DNA of 64,000 nt from Candidatus Kapaibacterium sp. (GTDB taxonomy: Bacteria; Bacteroidota; Ignavibacteria; Kapaibacteriales; HRBIN21), in contig CALKEU010000013.1 of the NCBI GenBank assembly GCA_938084565.1, forward strand, positions 8,987 through 72,986. The letters are read 5' to 3'. This document shows positions 1 through 10,560 of this stretch, one piece after another. The translations under genes and the position numbers were made by a program. The number at the start of each line of letters is the position of its first letter. Position 1 is the stretch's first letter. The notes beneath the pieces are model-generated. The model was not told the origin of the DNA. It saw only the letters and a program-made list of their open reading frames with translations, and searched no databases.

Positions 1-249
1 CAGATGCTCGGCCTCTCTGATCCCTTCGACCCGCAGCAGAATCTCATGGCTGGCAGCCGGTACTTACGGCAGTTGCTCGACCGCTTCGGCTCCCTCCACT
101 CTGCGCTGGCTGCCTACAATGCAGGGCCCGGGCGAGTCCAGCGCTACGGCGGCATACCCCCTTTTGCCGAAACTCAGCGCTATGTCCAGCGGGTGCTGGA
201 GCTGTATCGTGAGCTGGACGCGGCTAGAGAGGCTCCAGCTCAGCTGTAA
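1..249 (+). CDS. Lytic transglycosylase (SLT domain), C-terminal fragment, 5'-truncated by window edge
   Basis: [39 protein letters not shown] are SLT family motifs. Confidence 0.85.
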   Translation, partial: QMLGLSDPFDPQQNLMAGSRYLRQLLDRFGSLHSALAAYNAGPGRVQRYGGIPPFAETQRYVQRVLELYRELDAAREAPAQL

Positions 250-1600
250 AGTGGCGTAAGAAGGGGGGCTCGTTCCGGAGGCGGAAACCGCGCAGGGAAT
301 GCCGTTGGCTGTAGAGTTCCGCCAGCGCTTCGGCCACGTACTCCATGTGGCTCTGGGTGTAGACGCGCCGGGGTATGGCCAGCCGTACAAGTTCTAGGGG
401 TGGGGCAATGTGGACACCACGGCTGTCACGCTTGCCGAGCATGAGGGACCCCACCTCGACGGCGCGTACCCCAGCCTGGAGGTAGAGAGCACAGACGATG
501 GCTTGCCCAGGAAACTGCTCCGGCGCAATATGCGGGGCAAAGCGGGCAGCATCGATGAAGACAGCATGTCCGCCCGGAGGTTCCACAATCGGGATACCGG
601 CCCGGCGGAGCGCCGTGGCAAAGTGAGCAACCGAGTGGATGCGGTAGTACAGGTATTCCTCCTGCAGTGCTTCCAACAACCCTTGGGCGATGGCCTCCAA
701 ATCGCGTCCGGCCAGCCCACCATAAGTGGGGAAGCCCTCCCAGAGGATGAGGAGTTGCCGAATGCGATCGGCAAGCGCGGCATCCCGTACGGCCAAAAAG
801 CCGCCGATGTTGGCCAGCCCATCCTTTTTGGCGCTCATGTAGCAGCCATCAGCCAGCGCGAAGATCTCCCGAGCAATCTCTAGCGGAGTTCGGTCGGCAT
901 AGCCGGGCTCCCGCAGCTTGATGAAGTAAGCATTCTCGGCATAGCGGCAGGCGTCCAAAAAGAGCGGGATACCGTAGCGCGAGAGCACGGCCTTAACGGC
1001 CCGGATATTCCCGAGCGAGACCGGCTGTCCTCCAAGGGTGTTGTTGGTCAATGTCAGGAGGCAGAGCGGGATGCGTTCGGGACCGACCTCGTGGATGAGG
1101 GCCTCCAGCCGTTCCACGTCCATGTTTCCCTTGAAGGGATGGTCGCTCGTGGGCGAGAGCGCTTCCGGGATGGGCAGATCGACAGCCTGAGCACCCGTGT
1201 AGTCGATATTGGCCCGCGTGGTATCGAAGTGGGAATTGCTCGGGATAACGGTGCCGGCTCTGCCGAACAAGGCGCAGAGGATGCGTTCGGCAGCCCTTCC
1301 CTGATGGACAGGGAAGATGTACGGCATGCCTGTCAAGGAGTGGACGACCTCTTCGAATCGGTAGTAGCTGCGTGCCCCCGCATACGCTTCGTCGCCCTGG
1401 AATAGGGCGGCCCATTGGCGGTCGCTCATGGCCGCTGTGCCAGAGTCGGTGAGAAGGTCGATGAGGACATCCTCCGAGCGCAGACGGAAGACGTTGTAGT
1501 GGGCGCGCTGCAGCAGTTCCTCACGTTCCGGGCGCGTTGTGAAGCGGATAGGTTCGACGACCTTGATGCGGAAGGGCTCGATAAGGGGAGGCATCGGCAT
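224..1600 (-). CDS. tnaA: Tryptophanase (start trimmed to ATG 1600, or 1594)
   Basis: [28 protein letters not shown]-lysine motif MSAKKD and C-terminal LRHFTA; tyrosine phenol-lyase would show MSGKKD/LRFFTA. Confidence 0.9.
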   Translation of the reverse strand: MPMPPLIEPFRIKVVEPIRFTTRPEREELLQRAHYNVFRLRSEDVLIDLLTDSGTAAMSDRQWAALFQGDEAYAGARSYYRFEEVVHSLTGMPYIFPVHQGRAAERILCALFGRAGTVIPSNSHFDTTRANIDYTGAQAVDLPIPEALSPTSDHPFKGNMDVERLEALIHEVGPERIPLCLLTLTNNTLGGQPVSLGNIRAVKAVLSRYGIPLFLDACRYAENAYFIKLREPGYADRTPLEIAREIFALADGCYMSAKKDGLANIGGFLAVRDAALADRIRQLLILWEGFPTYGGLAGRDLEAIAQGLLEALQEEYLYYRIHSVAHFATALRRAGIPIVEPPGGHAVFIDAARFAPHIAPEQFPGQAIVCALYLQAGVRAVEVGSLMLGKRDSRGVHIAPPLELVRLAIPRRVYTQSHMEYVAEALAELYSQRHSLRGFRLRNEPPFLRHFTAELEPL

Positions 1601-1626
1601 GAGAGGGCTGTGCAACAGGACGGATG

Positions 1627-1634
1627 CAAAAATA
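1627..1634 (-). promoter_or_regulatory. Bacteroidota-type -7 promoter element TATTTTTG upstream of tnaA
   Basis: Perfect TAnnTTTG in the dprA-tnaA intergenic gap, correct orientation. Confidence 0.6.
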
Positions 1635-1655
1635 GCCGACTCAGCAGAGCGGGCC

Positions 1656-2732
1656 CTATGCTGAGCGGACAAAGTACTTACCGGGCAGCTGGCGCACAAG
1701 CCCGCGGAATTCGAGCTCGAGTAAGTGTGCGAGGGCTTCGTGGACGGGTATGCGCGCCTGTTCGGCAAGCAGATCGATGTGCAGCGGTTCGGAGCCGAGA
1801 AGGTGGTAGAGCTGCTCTTCGGCCGCCGTCGAGAAGGTCGGTGTGGGAGGAGACAGCACGGGGCTTAACAGCCCCAGGTCGGCCAGAAACTCCTCTGGGG
1901 TGAGGGCCGGGGTGGCAATCTGCCGGCGAATGAGCATATTGGTACCGGCGCTCTTCTCAGAGGTAATAGGCCCAGGGATGGCGTAGACATCGCGCCCCTG
2001 GTCGAAGGCAAATTGGGCCGTGATGAGGGCTCCGCCGGGGATACCACTTTCGACGACGAGTACAGCACGGGCCAGTCCGCTGATGATGCGATTGCGCTGG
2101 GGAAAGTATGCCGGAAGAGCCCGCCGGCCGGGCTCGTACTCGCTCAGCACTGCTCCGCCACGTGCTACAATCTGTTCGGCCAAGCGAGCAGCAGACGAGG
2201 GCTGGATGCGGTCCAAGCCGCAGGCTACGACAGCGTACGTTACTCCTTCGGCTCGGAGTGCTGCCTGGTGAGCGATCGTATCGATGCCTCGGGCCAGCCC
2301 ACTGCAGACGATTGCTCCCGCACGCGCACAAGCCTCACTGAACCGTTCGGCACAGAGCCGGCCATAGACCGTGCATTGCCGAGTGCCGACGATGCTCACC
2401 ACCGGTACCGCCTCTGGCTGGAGATGGCCCCAGAGGTAGAGTACCAGCGGTGGGTAGGGAATATGCCGCAGCAGCTGAGGATAGTCCGGATCGGTCAGCG
2501 CAAGGAGCCGTATGCCGAGCTTCTCACACTGCCGCAGGAGAGCCTCGGCGCGACGCTCAGCCTCGGCCAGGGCAGAACCACGGAAGAGATGCAGCTGCCG
2601 CAGAGAGCCCGCACGAAGCGATTCCCGAAAATGAGCAAAGTCGGCGTACTGCTGGAGGATTTGCTGCACTGCCTTAGCCGAGAGGCCTTCCAGGCAGCAT
2701 AGAGTGAGCACCTCCCTGATGTGCCAGCCCAT
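1656..2732 (-). CDS. dprA: DNA-processing protein DprA
   Basis: YPQLL..IPYPPLVLY, IVGTR, SGLARGID, FPQRNRIISGL and C-terminal winged helix LLELEFRGLV. Confidence 0.95.
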   Translation of the reverse strand: MGWHIREVLTLCCLEGLSAKAVQQILQQYADFAHFRESLRAGSLRQLHLFRGSALAEAERRAEALLRQCEKLGIRLLALTDPDYPQLLRHIPYPPLVLYLWGHLQPEAVPVVSIVGTRQCTVYGRLCAERFSEACARAGAIVCSGLARGIDTIAHQAALRAEGVTYAVVACGLDRIQPSSAARLAEQIVARGGAVLSEYEPGRRALPAYFPQRNRIISGLARAVLVVESGIPGGALITAQFAFDQGRDVYAIPGPITSEKSAGTNMLIRRQIATPALTPEEFLADLGLLSPVLSPPTPTFSTAAEEQLYHLLGSEPLHIDLLAEQARIPVHEALAHLLELEFRGLVRQLPGKYFVRSA

Positions 2733-3655
2733 CAGTAGCCGAAGAAGTGCAGCATCGTCTTATTGTTGCGCCATCGTGGGCGCACTTTGACGAAGAGCTC
2801 CAAGTAAACGGGCACGCCCAAGTATGCCTCGATGGCCTGGCGAGCGCGCTGACCCAGCAGCTTCAGCCGTTTGCCCCCGGAGCCGATGAGAATGACCTTC
2901 TGCGACTCCCGCTCGACAATGATGTCGGCCGCAATGTACCACTTGCCGCGCTCACGCTCGACAAATTCCACAACCTGTACCTCGGTGGAGTATGGCACCT
3001 CATGCCGGTACAACAGGAAGACCTGCTCCCGAATGAGCTCGGCCACGAAGAAACGTTGCGGCTGTGTGCTCAATAGCTCCGGATCGTACAAGAACGGCGA
3101 TACAGGGAGGTAGCGCTCGAGGGTGGTCAGCAGTTCGTCGACATTGACATTCTTGAGGGCCGAAAGGGGAACGAACTCCTGGAAGAGGCCGGCTGCGGCA
3201 TATCGCTCAATGATGGGCAGCACCTCGGCGGTGGTGTGCAGGAGGTCAATTTTGTTCATAGCCACCACGATGGGCTTCCGGAGCCGCTGGAGAGCTTCAG
3301 CGACCTCCGTGGTCAGAACTGCCTCAGGGGTTGTCTGTTGAGTCACATCGATGACCAGCACGATGACGTCGGCATCTTTGAGCGCATCGTGCACGTATCC
3401 CATCATTGCCCGGTGCAGTTCGTAGCGTGGTTCGAGAATGCCGGGGGTATCCAGGAAGAGGATCTGCTTGCGTTCATCGGTGTAGATGCCCAGTACACGG
3501 CGCCGAGTTGTTTGGGGTTTCGGGGTAACGATGGAGAGCTTTGTCCCCAGCACGGTGTTCAGCAGCGTAGACTTCCCCACATTGGGCGGGCCAATAAGGG
3601 CGACGGCTCCCGCTCGGGTGGTCTCTGACCGAGCTACGGTGGCCGGATTCGTCAT
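2732..3655 (-). CDS. era: GTPase Era
   Basis: GPPNVGKST, KPQTTR, DTPG, NKID and KH domain with EVPYS; stop overlaps dprA start. Confidence 0.97.
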   Translation of the reverse strand: MTNPATVARSETTRAGAVALIGPPNVGKSTLLNTVLGTKLSIVTPKPQTTRRRVLGIYTDERKQILFLDTPGILEPRYELHRAMMGYVHDALKDADVIVLVIDVTQQTTPEAVLTTEVAEALQRLRKPIVVAMNKIDLLHTTAEVLPIIERYAAAGLFQEFVPLSALKNVNVDELLTTLERYLPVSPFLYDPELLSTQPQRFFVAELIREQVFLLYRHEVPYSTEVQVVEFVERERGKWYIAADIIVERESQKVILIGSGGKRLKLLGQRARQAIEAYLGVPVYLELFVKVRPRWRNNKTMLHFFGY

Positions 3656-4338
3656 GGCTGTGGTGGCGGTGTCGGTGCTTCCTCCAGTTGCCGATGGCGG
3701 ACGAGGCGGGCTTCAGTGAGGAAGATGACGTTTTCGGCAATATTGGTTGCGTGGTCGGCCATGCGCTCGAGAGCGCGGAGGACTACAATGAGTTTAACCC
3801 CTGGGAGGATCCAGCGGCTATCGCGCTGCATGAGCTCGATGAGCTGTGCGCCGATTTTCCGTTCCAGTTCGTCGACCGTGGCATCCAGTGGCAGCAGGTG
3901 TTTCGCTAGTTCGGCATCGGCATTCACGAGAGCGTCGATGCTGGTCTTGACCATGGTCAGTGTTGCCTGCGTCATACGCTCTAGTCCAACGGTGCGGGCC
4001 AATTCCTGAGTCTCAGGCACCTCGAGAGCGATGCGGGCAATATCGAGCGCTATGTCTCCAATGCGCTCGAGCTCGTTGTTGATTTTCAGGGCTACCAGTA
4101 GGAGGCGCAAGTCGCTTGCCACGGGTTGGTGCAAGGCGAAGATGCGCTGGCATTGGACGTCGATTTTAATGTCGAGTGCATCCACCTTCTCATCGCGCTC
4201 GATGACGAGCTGCCCTAAGAGGGTGTTGCCTTCCAGGAGCGAGCGGAGAGCAAATTCGACCTGCTCCTCCACGATACTGCTCATGCGGATGAGACGGGTG
4301 CGGAGTTTGTCGAGATCCTCGTCGAAGCTGCGGTGCAT
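3652..4338 (-). CDS. phoU: Phosphate signalling protein PhoU
   Basis: QPVASDLR, ELERIGD and LERMADHATNIAE motifs; downstream of pstB. Confidence 0.95.
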   Translation of the reverse strand: MHRSFDEDLDKLRTRLIRMSSIVEEQVEFALRSLLEGNTLLGQLVIERDEKVDALDIKIDVQCQRIFALHQPVASDLRLLLVALKINNELERIGDIALDIARIALEVPETQELARTVGLERMTQATLTMVKTSIDALVNADAELAKHLLPLDATVDELERKIGAQLIELMQRDSRWILPGVKLIVVLRALERMADHATNIAENVIFLTEARLVRHRQLEEAPTPPPQP

Positions 4339-4362
4339 TGGCGTCTACTGTGTCGTGAGACC

Positions 4363-5136
4363 TTAGCCGAAGCGGCCTGTGATGTAGTCCTCTGTCTCCC
4401 GCTTCTGGGGGTTTGTGAAGAGCTCGCGCGTGCGGTTGTATTCCACAAGGCGTCCGAGGTAGAAAAAGCCAGTGTAATCGCTGATGCGGGCAGCCTGCTG
4501 GATGTTGTGGGTGACCAGCACGATGGTGTAGTTCTGCTTGAGCTCTTCGATGAGCTCCTCAATCTTGGCGGTGCTGATGGGATCCAGGGCCGAGCAGGGC
4601 TCGTCCATGAGCAGGATTTCTGGATTGACTGCGATAGCACGGGCGATGCAGAGCCGCTGTTGCTGCCCACCGGAGAGCTCAAGGGCCGAGTGGTGCAGCC
4701 GGTCCTTCACCTCATCCCAGAGAGCGGCTTGACGTAGGCTCTTTTCGACCAGCTCGTCGAGCTCGGCCTTCGGGAGCTTCCCGTTGAGGCGGAGCCCGAA
4801 AGCGACATTTTCGTAAATGGACTTCGGGAACGGTACGGACTGCTGGAAGACCATCCCAACGCGGCGGCGCACCTGGACGACGTCAATGCCGGGGTCGTAG
4901 ATATTGATGCCGTCGATTTCCACGCGGCCGCTCGTACGGGCGTTGGGGATGAGCTCGTTCATGCGGTTGAGCGCTCGCAGGAAGGTGGATTTCCCACAGC
5001 CCGAAGGCCCAATGAAGGCGGTCACACGGTTGGGGTAGATGTCCACCGTCACATCCTGCAGGGCATGCTTGTACCCGTAGTAGACGTTGAGCTCAAAGGT
5101 GCGAATCTTCGGCTCCAGAGGGGATTGAAGCGCCAT
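4363..5136 (-). CDS. pstB: Phosphate ABC transporter ATPase
   Basis: [45 protein letters not shown]. Confidence 0.97.
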   Translation of the reverse strand: MALQSPLEPKIRTFELNVYYGYKHALQDVTVDIYPNRVTAFIGPSGCGKSTFLRALNRMNELIPNARTSGRVEIDGINIYDPGIDVVQVRRRVGMVFQQSVPFPKSIYENVAFGLRLNGKLPKAELDELVEKSLRQAALWDEVKDRLHHSALELSGGQQQRLCIARAIAVNPEILLMDEPCSALDPISTAKIEELIEELKQNYTIVLVTHNIQQAARISDYTGFFYLGRLVEYNRTRELFTNPQKRETEDYITGRFG

Positions 5137-5139
5137 GGC

Positions 5140-6072
5140 TTAGCGAGTTATCAGCCGACGTCGACGCATTTTTAGACGTAACAGAATAGCGCTTAGGTTC
5201 AGGGCGAAGGTGGTCAGCAGTAGGACGACCGTGGTGGCGTACTGTAGGGGGCGTGTTGCCTCAACATCGGGCGATTGAGTCGAGAGCACAAAGAGGTGGT
5301 AGCCCAGCTCCATGAATTGGCTCGTTAATCCTTTGGGCAGTTCCGGCAGTGAGTAGGCAGCCCCGACGAACATAATCGGGGCAACTTCGCCGGCACCACG
5401 ACTGACTGCTAGGATGGAGCCGGTGAGGATCCCCGTGAAAGCATGTGGGAGAACGATACGGCGAATCGTTTGCCAGCGCGTGGCTCCCAGGGCAAGCGCT
5501 GCCTCCCGTAGTTCCCGAGGGATGCTCCGGAGCGTTTCCTCGACAGCCACGATGACTACCGGTAATGTCAGCACAGCCAGTGTGGCCGCAGCCCAGATGA
5601 GAGCAGGTTTGCCCCACGTAAGCTCCAGTCCAAAGAGACTGTCGATGCCTTTGCCGATAAACTGCACGAAGAAGCCTAGGCCGAAGAGGCCGAAGACGAT
5701 CGAGGGAACCCCAGCAAGGGTATTTACTCCGAAGCGCACCCAGCGCGTAAAGGAAGAGTCCTCGCGAGCATACTCGGCTAAATAAATAGCCGTGACAGCG
5801 CCAATGGGTACTCCCAGCAACGCCATGAGGATGACCAGGAGCACCGTTCCGTAGATTGCCGGGAAGATGCCGCCTTCAGTGTTGTTATTGCGTGGAGTCT
5901 CCGTCAGGAATTGCCACGTCACGTGCGGAAGTCCTTCGAGGGCGAAGTGGCCCAACATTCCAACGCTCAGCCCCACCACGCAGAGGGCCATCAGGAGTGT
6001 GATGCTGACGAAGGCCACACCGACGAGGATCTGCCAACTCCGCTCTTTCTGAAAGCCGTACTGGGTGGTCAT
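5140..6072 (-). CDS. pstA: Phosphate ABC transporter permease PstA (start trimmed to ATG 6072)
   Basis: GGIFPAIYGT, LAGVPSIVFGLFG, EAA loop EAALALGATRWQTI. Confidence 0.93.
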   Translation of the reverse strand: MTTQYGFQKERSWQILVGVAFVSITLLMALCVVGLSVGMLGHFALEGLPHVTWQFLTETPRNNNTEGGIFPAIYGTVLLVILMALLGVPIGAVTAIYLAEYAREDSSFTRWVRFGVNTLAGVPSIVFGLFGLGFFVQFIGKGIDSLFGLELTWGKPALIWAAATLAVLTLPVVIVAVEETLRSIPRELREAALALGATRWQTIRRIVLPHAFTGILTGSILAVSRGAGEVAPIMFVGAAYSLPELPKGLTSQFMELGYHLFVLSTQSPDVEATRPLQYATTVVLLLTTFALNLSAILLRLKMRRRRLITR

Positions 6073-6086
6073 GGCCGTGTCTGCGC

Positions 6087-7247
6087 CTACGTTGTCAAGC
6101 CGCGAAAGCGCCGCAATAGACGTTGCCGAATCCAAAACTCAGCAATGATGTTCAGCGTAAAGGTCACCACAAACAGGAGGAAGCCAATCAGGAAGAGGAT
6201 GCTGTAGTGGAGCGAGCCCCAGACGACCTCGCCCATCTCAGCTCCGATGGTCGCTGCCATCGTACGTACAGGCTCGACAGGGCTCCAGGAGAGGAGCGGA
6301 GCGTTGCCACTTGCCATCAGCACAATCATTGTCTCGCCAAAAACCCGTCCGAAGGCAAGGAGGGCAGCAGCGAACAGACCCGGGGTGGCTGCCGGTACGA
6401 GAATCTTGGCCACTACTTGCCACGGCTGTGCTCCCAGGGCTAGTCCTGCCTCCCAGAGCTGGCGCGGCAGATTGGTAAAGCTGTCCTCGGTGATGGTGAA
6501 CACAATCGGGAGGCTAGCAATAGCCAACCCAATGCCTGCTACGAGAGCGTTCAGACGGAATGTAGTCCCTAGCAGGTTTTGAGTGGCGCTTGCAACGACC
6601 ATGAGGCAGAAAAATCCAATGACCACCGAGGGAAACCCTGCCAGGAGCTCCACAATAGGCTTGATGGTTTCCCGCAGCCATGCTGGAGCAAAGAAAGCGG
6701 CATAGATAGCTGCCAAGATGCCAATCGGGACAGCGAAGAGGAGAGCTATGAGCGTTGCCTTCAGGCTCCCTACGATGAGCGGGAGCAGTCCATACTTTGG
6801 CTGTGAAGAGACAGGCTGCCACGTCGTCCCGAGCAGATTCTGCACAAGGGATGGATTCGCTGAAGGGGTAAGGTGTTCTGCAACGCTCTCCGATGGACGC
6901 TGCGGAAGCTCTACCTCAGGGTTGTAGACCTCTGCTGCGACATCGTCTTCGGCGCCGTACACTTCGAGCGCAGTAGTCCCAGTGGCTGCCCGTGAGATAT
7001 CATGGGCGCTCACAATGCCGAGCGTTTCTCGGGCAATGAAAAGGAGAATGAGCCCGATGGCTGCAAGAGCGCTAAAGGCAAACAGGCGGATAAGGGCTTC
7101 CACCACTTGCTCCCCCCATCGCCGGGAGCGAGGGGCTCGAAGCCCATCCCGGAGCGCAAGAGTGTCTGGAGACTTACGGGCGTTTCGTGTCTCGAAGGAG
7201 GCGGATGGGATAGTAACCGACTTCGGTGACGACGCGCTGTCCATCAT
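6087..7247 (-). CDS. pstC: Phosphate ABC transporter permease PstC (start uncertain)
   Basis: YGLLPLIVGS, KPIVELLAGFPSVV, GRVFGETMIVLM. Confidence 0.92.
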   Translation of the reverse strand: MMDSASSPKSVTIPSASFETRNARKSPDTLALRDGLRAPRSRRWGEQVVEALIRLFAFSALAAIGLILLFIARETLGIVSAHDISRAATGTTALEVYGAEDDVAAEVYNPEVELPQRPSESVAEHLTPSANPSLVQNLLGTTWQPVSSQPKYGLLPLIVGSLKATLIALLFAVPIGILAAIYAAFFAPAWLRETIKPIVELLAGFPSVVIGFFCLMVVASATQNLLGTTFRLNALVAGIGLAIASLPIVFTITEDSFTNLPRQLWEAGLALGAQPWQVVAKILVPAATPGLFAAALLAFGRVFGETMIVLMASGNAPLLSWSPVEPVRTMAATIGAEMGEVVWGSLHYSILFLIGFLLFVVTFTLNIIAEFWIRQRLLRRFRGLTT

Positions 7248-8031
7248 CGCTGAGCACCCAATCGATGAAGGCTTTTAACTCGCCACTGGGACGTTCCCGG
7301 AGGTAGAAGTAGAGAAAGCGGCTGATAGGGTAACGACCCGAGACGACATTCTCGAGGGTGGGCAGATAGTATGGCTTGCCTGGTGCCTCAGCGATGGCAA
7401 CTTCTTTAATATCCCTGGCATATGCTGCCCCACCGTAACCGATACCCCATCGGTCCTTAGCAACGGCATTGACTACGGCTGCTGTTCCAGGCATGTGCTG
7501 CGCCGTTGGCGCAAAGTCTTGACCCTGCAGGACGTGGTCTTTGAAGAACTCGTAGGTGCCGGAGTTGTTCTCACGGCTATAGAGGATGATGCGAGCATCG
7601 GGGCCGCCGACTTGCTTCCAGTTGGTAATCTTGCCTGTGAAGATGTCCCGCACTTGCTGCAGGGTGAGCTTCTCAACGGGGTTGTTCCGATGCACATAGA
7701 CTGCTAGGCCATCCCGGGCTACCCGGACTTCGACCCCCCGTGTTCCGTACTTTCGCTGAAGCTGTTCGCTCTCGGAGGGCCGCAGCGGGCGTGAGGATGC
7801 ACAAATGTCCGTTGTGCCATTGATCAAGGCTGCAATCCCTGTACCCGAGCCCCCTCCGGTGACTTGGAAGCGAACTCGATCCTTGTGCGGATACACCTCC
7901 GTCCACCGTTGGGTGAGAATCACCATCGTGTCGGAGCCTTTGATCGTGATGGTTTGACGCTGGAGGGCAGCAACTGTCAGCAGGGTAATAGCTCCGAGTC
8001 CGAGGAGATGAGCATATCGCCGTCGAGACAT
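7174..8031 (-). CDS. pstS: Phosphate-binding protein PstS (start trimmed to ATG 8031)
   Basis: GSDTM, GGGSGTGIAAL, SRENNSGTY and YPISRFLY; N-terminal signal peptide. Confidence 0.93.
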   Translation of the reverse strand: MSRRRYAHLLGLGAITLLTVAALQRQTITIKGSDTMVILTQRWTEVYPHKDRVRFQVTGGGSGTGIAALINGTTDICASSRPLRPSESEQLQRKYGTRGVEVRVARDGLAVYVHRNNPVEKLTLQQVRDIFTGKITNWKQVGGPDARIILYSRENNSGTYEFFKDHVLQGQDFAPTAQHMPGTAAVVNAVAKDRWGIGYGGAAYARDIKEVAIAEAPGKPYYLPTLENVVSGRYPISRFLYFYLRERPSGELKAFIDWVLSDDGQRVVTEVGYYPIRLLRDTKRP

Positions 8032-8063
8032 AGCAGGAGAACAAAGGCTGTACAACCTGTGGG

Positions 8064-8071
8064 CAAACTTA
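8064..8071 (-). promoter_or_regulatory. -7 promoter element TAAGTTTG upstream of pstS
   Basis: Perfect TAnnTTTG, intergenic, 32 nt before the ATG. Confidence 0.6.
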
Positions 8072-8110
8072 GGTACTCTCCGAGAGGTTGGGGATGAGAA
8101 CTGAGCTGTG

Positions 8111-8791
8111 TTATCGCTTGGTAACACGCTGCCGGGCTTCCTCCAGTAGGAGGGCCGTAGCGCTGGTTCCGAGACGTGAGGCGCCGGCTTCCAGGAGGGC
8201 TCGTGCTTGGTCATAGGTGCGTATCCCACCGGAGGCCTTGATGCGCACGCTAGCTGGTAGGACATCCCGAAGGCGGCGGACATCCTCTACCGTTGCCCCG
8301 CGAGATAGAAAGCCCGTGGAGGTTTTGACAAAATCAGCCCCTGCCTGCGCTGCGAGCTGGGCCGCACGATACTGCTGTGCTTCGGTCAGGAGTCCGCACT
8401 CCAGAATTACCTTGAGCAGCCCGCTCCGGCGGTGTACTACAGCAGCAATGGCGGCAATATCGCGTTCGACCTCGCCCTCCTCTCCATTGAGCAATGCTGC
8501 GAGGTTGAGCACCATGTCGATTTCGCGAGCCCCGCTCATAACCGCTTCTTCTGCCTCGATAAGCTTAGCCCGCCGAGAAGTGGCCCCGAACGGGAAACCC
8601 ACAACAGTGCAGACAGTGACAGAAGTCCCCCGCAGCAACCGGTAAGCTAGCGGCACATAGTATGGCAAAACGCAAACACTGGCGCACCCCCACTGCACCG
8701 CCTCAGCGCAGAGGCGTTCAATATCAGCCACGGTGGCCGTGGGTTGTAGGAGTGTGTGGTCGATGACGGCAGCGAGCTCTTCTGGGGTCAT
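8111..8791 (-). CDS. deoC: Deoxyribose-phosphate aldolase (start trimmed to ATG 8791)
   Basis: IDHTLL, VVGFPFG, EIDMV, KVILE, FVKTSTGF, IKASGGIR; ATGA overlap with the upstream gene. Confidence 0.96.
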   Translation of the reverse strand: MTPEELAAVIDHTLLQPTATVADIERLCAEAVQWGCASVCVLPYYVPLAYRLLRGTSVTVCTVVGFPFGATSRRAKLIEAEEAVMSGAREIDMVLNLAALLNGEEGEVERDIAAIAAVVHRRSGLLKVILECGLLTEAQQYRAAQLAAQAGADFVKTSTGFLSRGATVEDVRRLRDVLPASVRIKASGGIRTYDQARALLEAGASRLGTSATALLLEEARQRVTKR

Positions 8792-10020
8792 CCGCTGTGC
8801 ACTGTGTCTGGAGAACTTCGCAACGATGCTGGAGGCTGGTAGCGCCACTGATTGAACAGGAGCACACCGACAGCCGTCGTCGGAACAGCAATCAGCAGCC
8901 CTACAAAGCCGAGGAGAGAGCCGAAGAGAATCAAAGAGGCAATCAAAAGCACGGGGTGAACGCCCACGCGCTTACCCAGGACACGAGGCTCGACGATGTA
9001 GGCGTTGATGAAGTGCAGCGCGTTGATGATGAGCGCAAAGAGCACCAGGTCGCGTACAATATCGGCTGGCTGGGCTACCATAATGGCAACTGCCCCAACC
9101 CCGAGAGTGATCAGAATGCCAAAGTACGGAATGGGGTTGAGCAGCCCGCTCAGGAGCCCAAGGATGACTCCGTACGGGATGTCGAGGAGCACATAGAGGA
9201 CTCCCGACAGAAGCCCGATGAGGGCCGAAACCGTGATGATCCAGCCAACGTAGCCCCGCACAATGGGGCTGCTGTGGCGCAGAAGATGGAGTGCCCGTGG
9301 AGCTCGTTGTTGGAGAATGTCGACGAGCAGGGTGCGCAATTGGGGAAAGTCCTTCAGTAGGTAGAACATCACGATCGGCAGCAGCAGGAGGTTGACAATG
9401 TGTGTCAGAATGCGAGCAAGCCCGGACAGCAACGCCAAGAGGGAATTCATCAACGTCTGGAAGGCCTGCTCCAGACGGGGCACAATGTCCCGCTGGAGCA
9501 GCTGCTGCACGAGCTCAGGGGGAATTCCATAGCGGGCCAAGAGCTGGAAGAAGCGTCGGCTCTCCAGGTATGAGGTAGCAGCACTGTAGAGGGTCGACAG
9601 TTGCCGGACTAGTGCATCGAGCTGGCTAAAGATGATGGGGAAAATCAGAACCGAAAGCGCTGCCAGGCTGGCCAGGAAGGCGAGCACGAGCAGGGCTGCA
9701 CTGGCCCATCGCGGAATGCCGCGCCGCTCCAGCTGTGTCAGCAGGGGATCAAAGAGGTATCCGGCCAGGAGAGCAATAGCGAAGGGCAACAGCAGGAGCC
9801 CTGCGCCGTGCAGAATCCATATAACGAAAGCCAGCGTCAGGAGCCAGAGGAGGTGGCGCGCCAACGGCAGCTGACGGTACGGATAGAGGAGAGCAAAGCC
9901 GAACACAAGCAGGACCAGTGGAAGAGAGGCCAAGCGCGTCAGCACGAGGAAGGCAACCAGAGCTCCCCCCGCCAGTAGGAATGGAAGCCATCCGTACGGA
10001 AGGCGGGGCGGGTGCTCCAT
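8788..10020 (-). CDS. AI-2E family transporter
   Basis: Multiple hydrophobic helices; FYLLKD, NPIPYFG, IVEPRVLGKRVGVHP, GFVGLLIAVP. Confidence 0.88.
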   Translation of the reverse strand: MEHPPRLPYGWLPFLLAGGALVAFLVLTRLASLPLVLLVFGFALLYPYRQLPLARHLLWLLTLAFVIWILHGAGLLLLPFAIALLAGYLFDPLLTQLERRGIPRWASAALLVLAFLASLAALSVLIFPIIFSQLDALVRQLSTLYSAATSYLESRRFFQLLARYGIPPELVQQLLQRDIVPRLEQAFQTLMNSLLALLSGLARILTHIVNLLLLPIVMFYLLKDFPQLRTLLVDILQQRAPRALHLLRHSSPIVRGYVGWIITVSALIGLLSGVLYVLLDIPYGVILGLLSGLLNPIPYFGILITLGVGAVAIMVAQPADIVRDLVLFALIINALHFINAYIVEPRVLGKRVGVHPVLLIASLILFGSLLGFVGLLIAVPTTAVGVLLFNQWRYQPPASLRSSPDTVHSG

Positions 10021-10028
10021 GCATCGCC

Positions 10029-10445
10029 TCAGCTGACAGTGCAGAACTGCTCAAACCACTGCTGTAGGAGAGCTGCCACAGTTTCCGGAGACCGCGTCTG
10101 AATGTCCTCCCGATGGAGCATAGCCACCAGCTTCCCGTCCCGCAAAAGTGCAAAGGAAGGGGACGAAGGGGGCTGCCCAACCAGAAAGGTGCGCATCCGA
10201 GCTGTGGCCTCCCGATCCTGTCCGGCGAAGACCGTGACCAAATGGTCAGGACGCGGGCCCCGCTGGAGAGCCAGCGCAACGGCTGGCCGCGCAATACCCC
10301 CGGAACACCCACACAGCGAGTTGATGAACACAAGCATGGTCCCCCGACGTTGGAGGGCTGCATCGACCTCTTCTGGTGTGCGTAGTTCCTCAAAGCCGAG
10401 TTGCCGTACCTCCTGCCGAATCTGCTCAACGAAGAGGTCCCACAT
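10029..10445 (-). CDS. BrxA/BrxB-family bacilliredoxin
   Basis: INSLCGCSGGIARP (CGC motif), TVFAGQDREATA, PPSSPSFALL. Confidence 0.9.
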   Translation of the reverse strand: MWDLFVEQIRQEVRQLGFEELRTPEEVDAALQRRGTMLVFINSLCGCSGGIARPAVALALQRGPRPDHLVTVFAGQDREATARMRTFLVGQPPSSPSFALLRDGKLVAMLHREDIQTRSPETVAALLQQWFEQFCTVS

Positions 10446-10560
10446 AGGCGGACACGGCCATACGTGTGGAACAGATGGCTCACAAGACGATTGGGCCGGC
10501 TTCTTCGTGGAGCCCTATGACACACACCGCCAGAGGCTTCTACGTCTCTGGCCATGCCAC

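Noticed and set aside
1601-1655. TnaC-like leader peptide upstream of tnaA
   Set aside because: The gap is 55 nt with the promoter motif 26 nt from the ATG, leaving no room for a Trp-containing leader ORF.
8032-8110. Pho box upstream of pstS
   Set aside because: No convincing 11-bp-period direct repeat could be read.
10102-10560. Long N-terminal extensions given by the ORF track (also for tnaA, pstS, deoC, GT4, M1 peptidase, murC, fbaB, Omp28, dapB)
   Set aside because: They overlap neighbouring real genes or lie upstream of the promoter motif; family homology starts at downstream ATGs.
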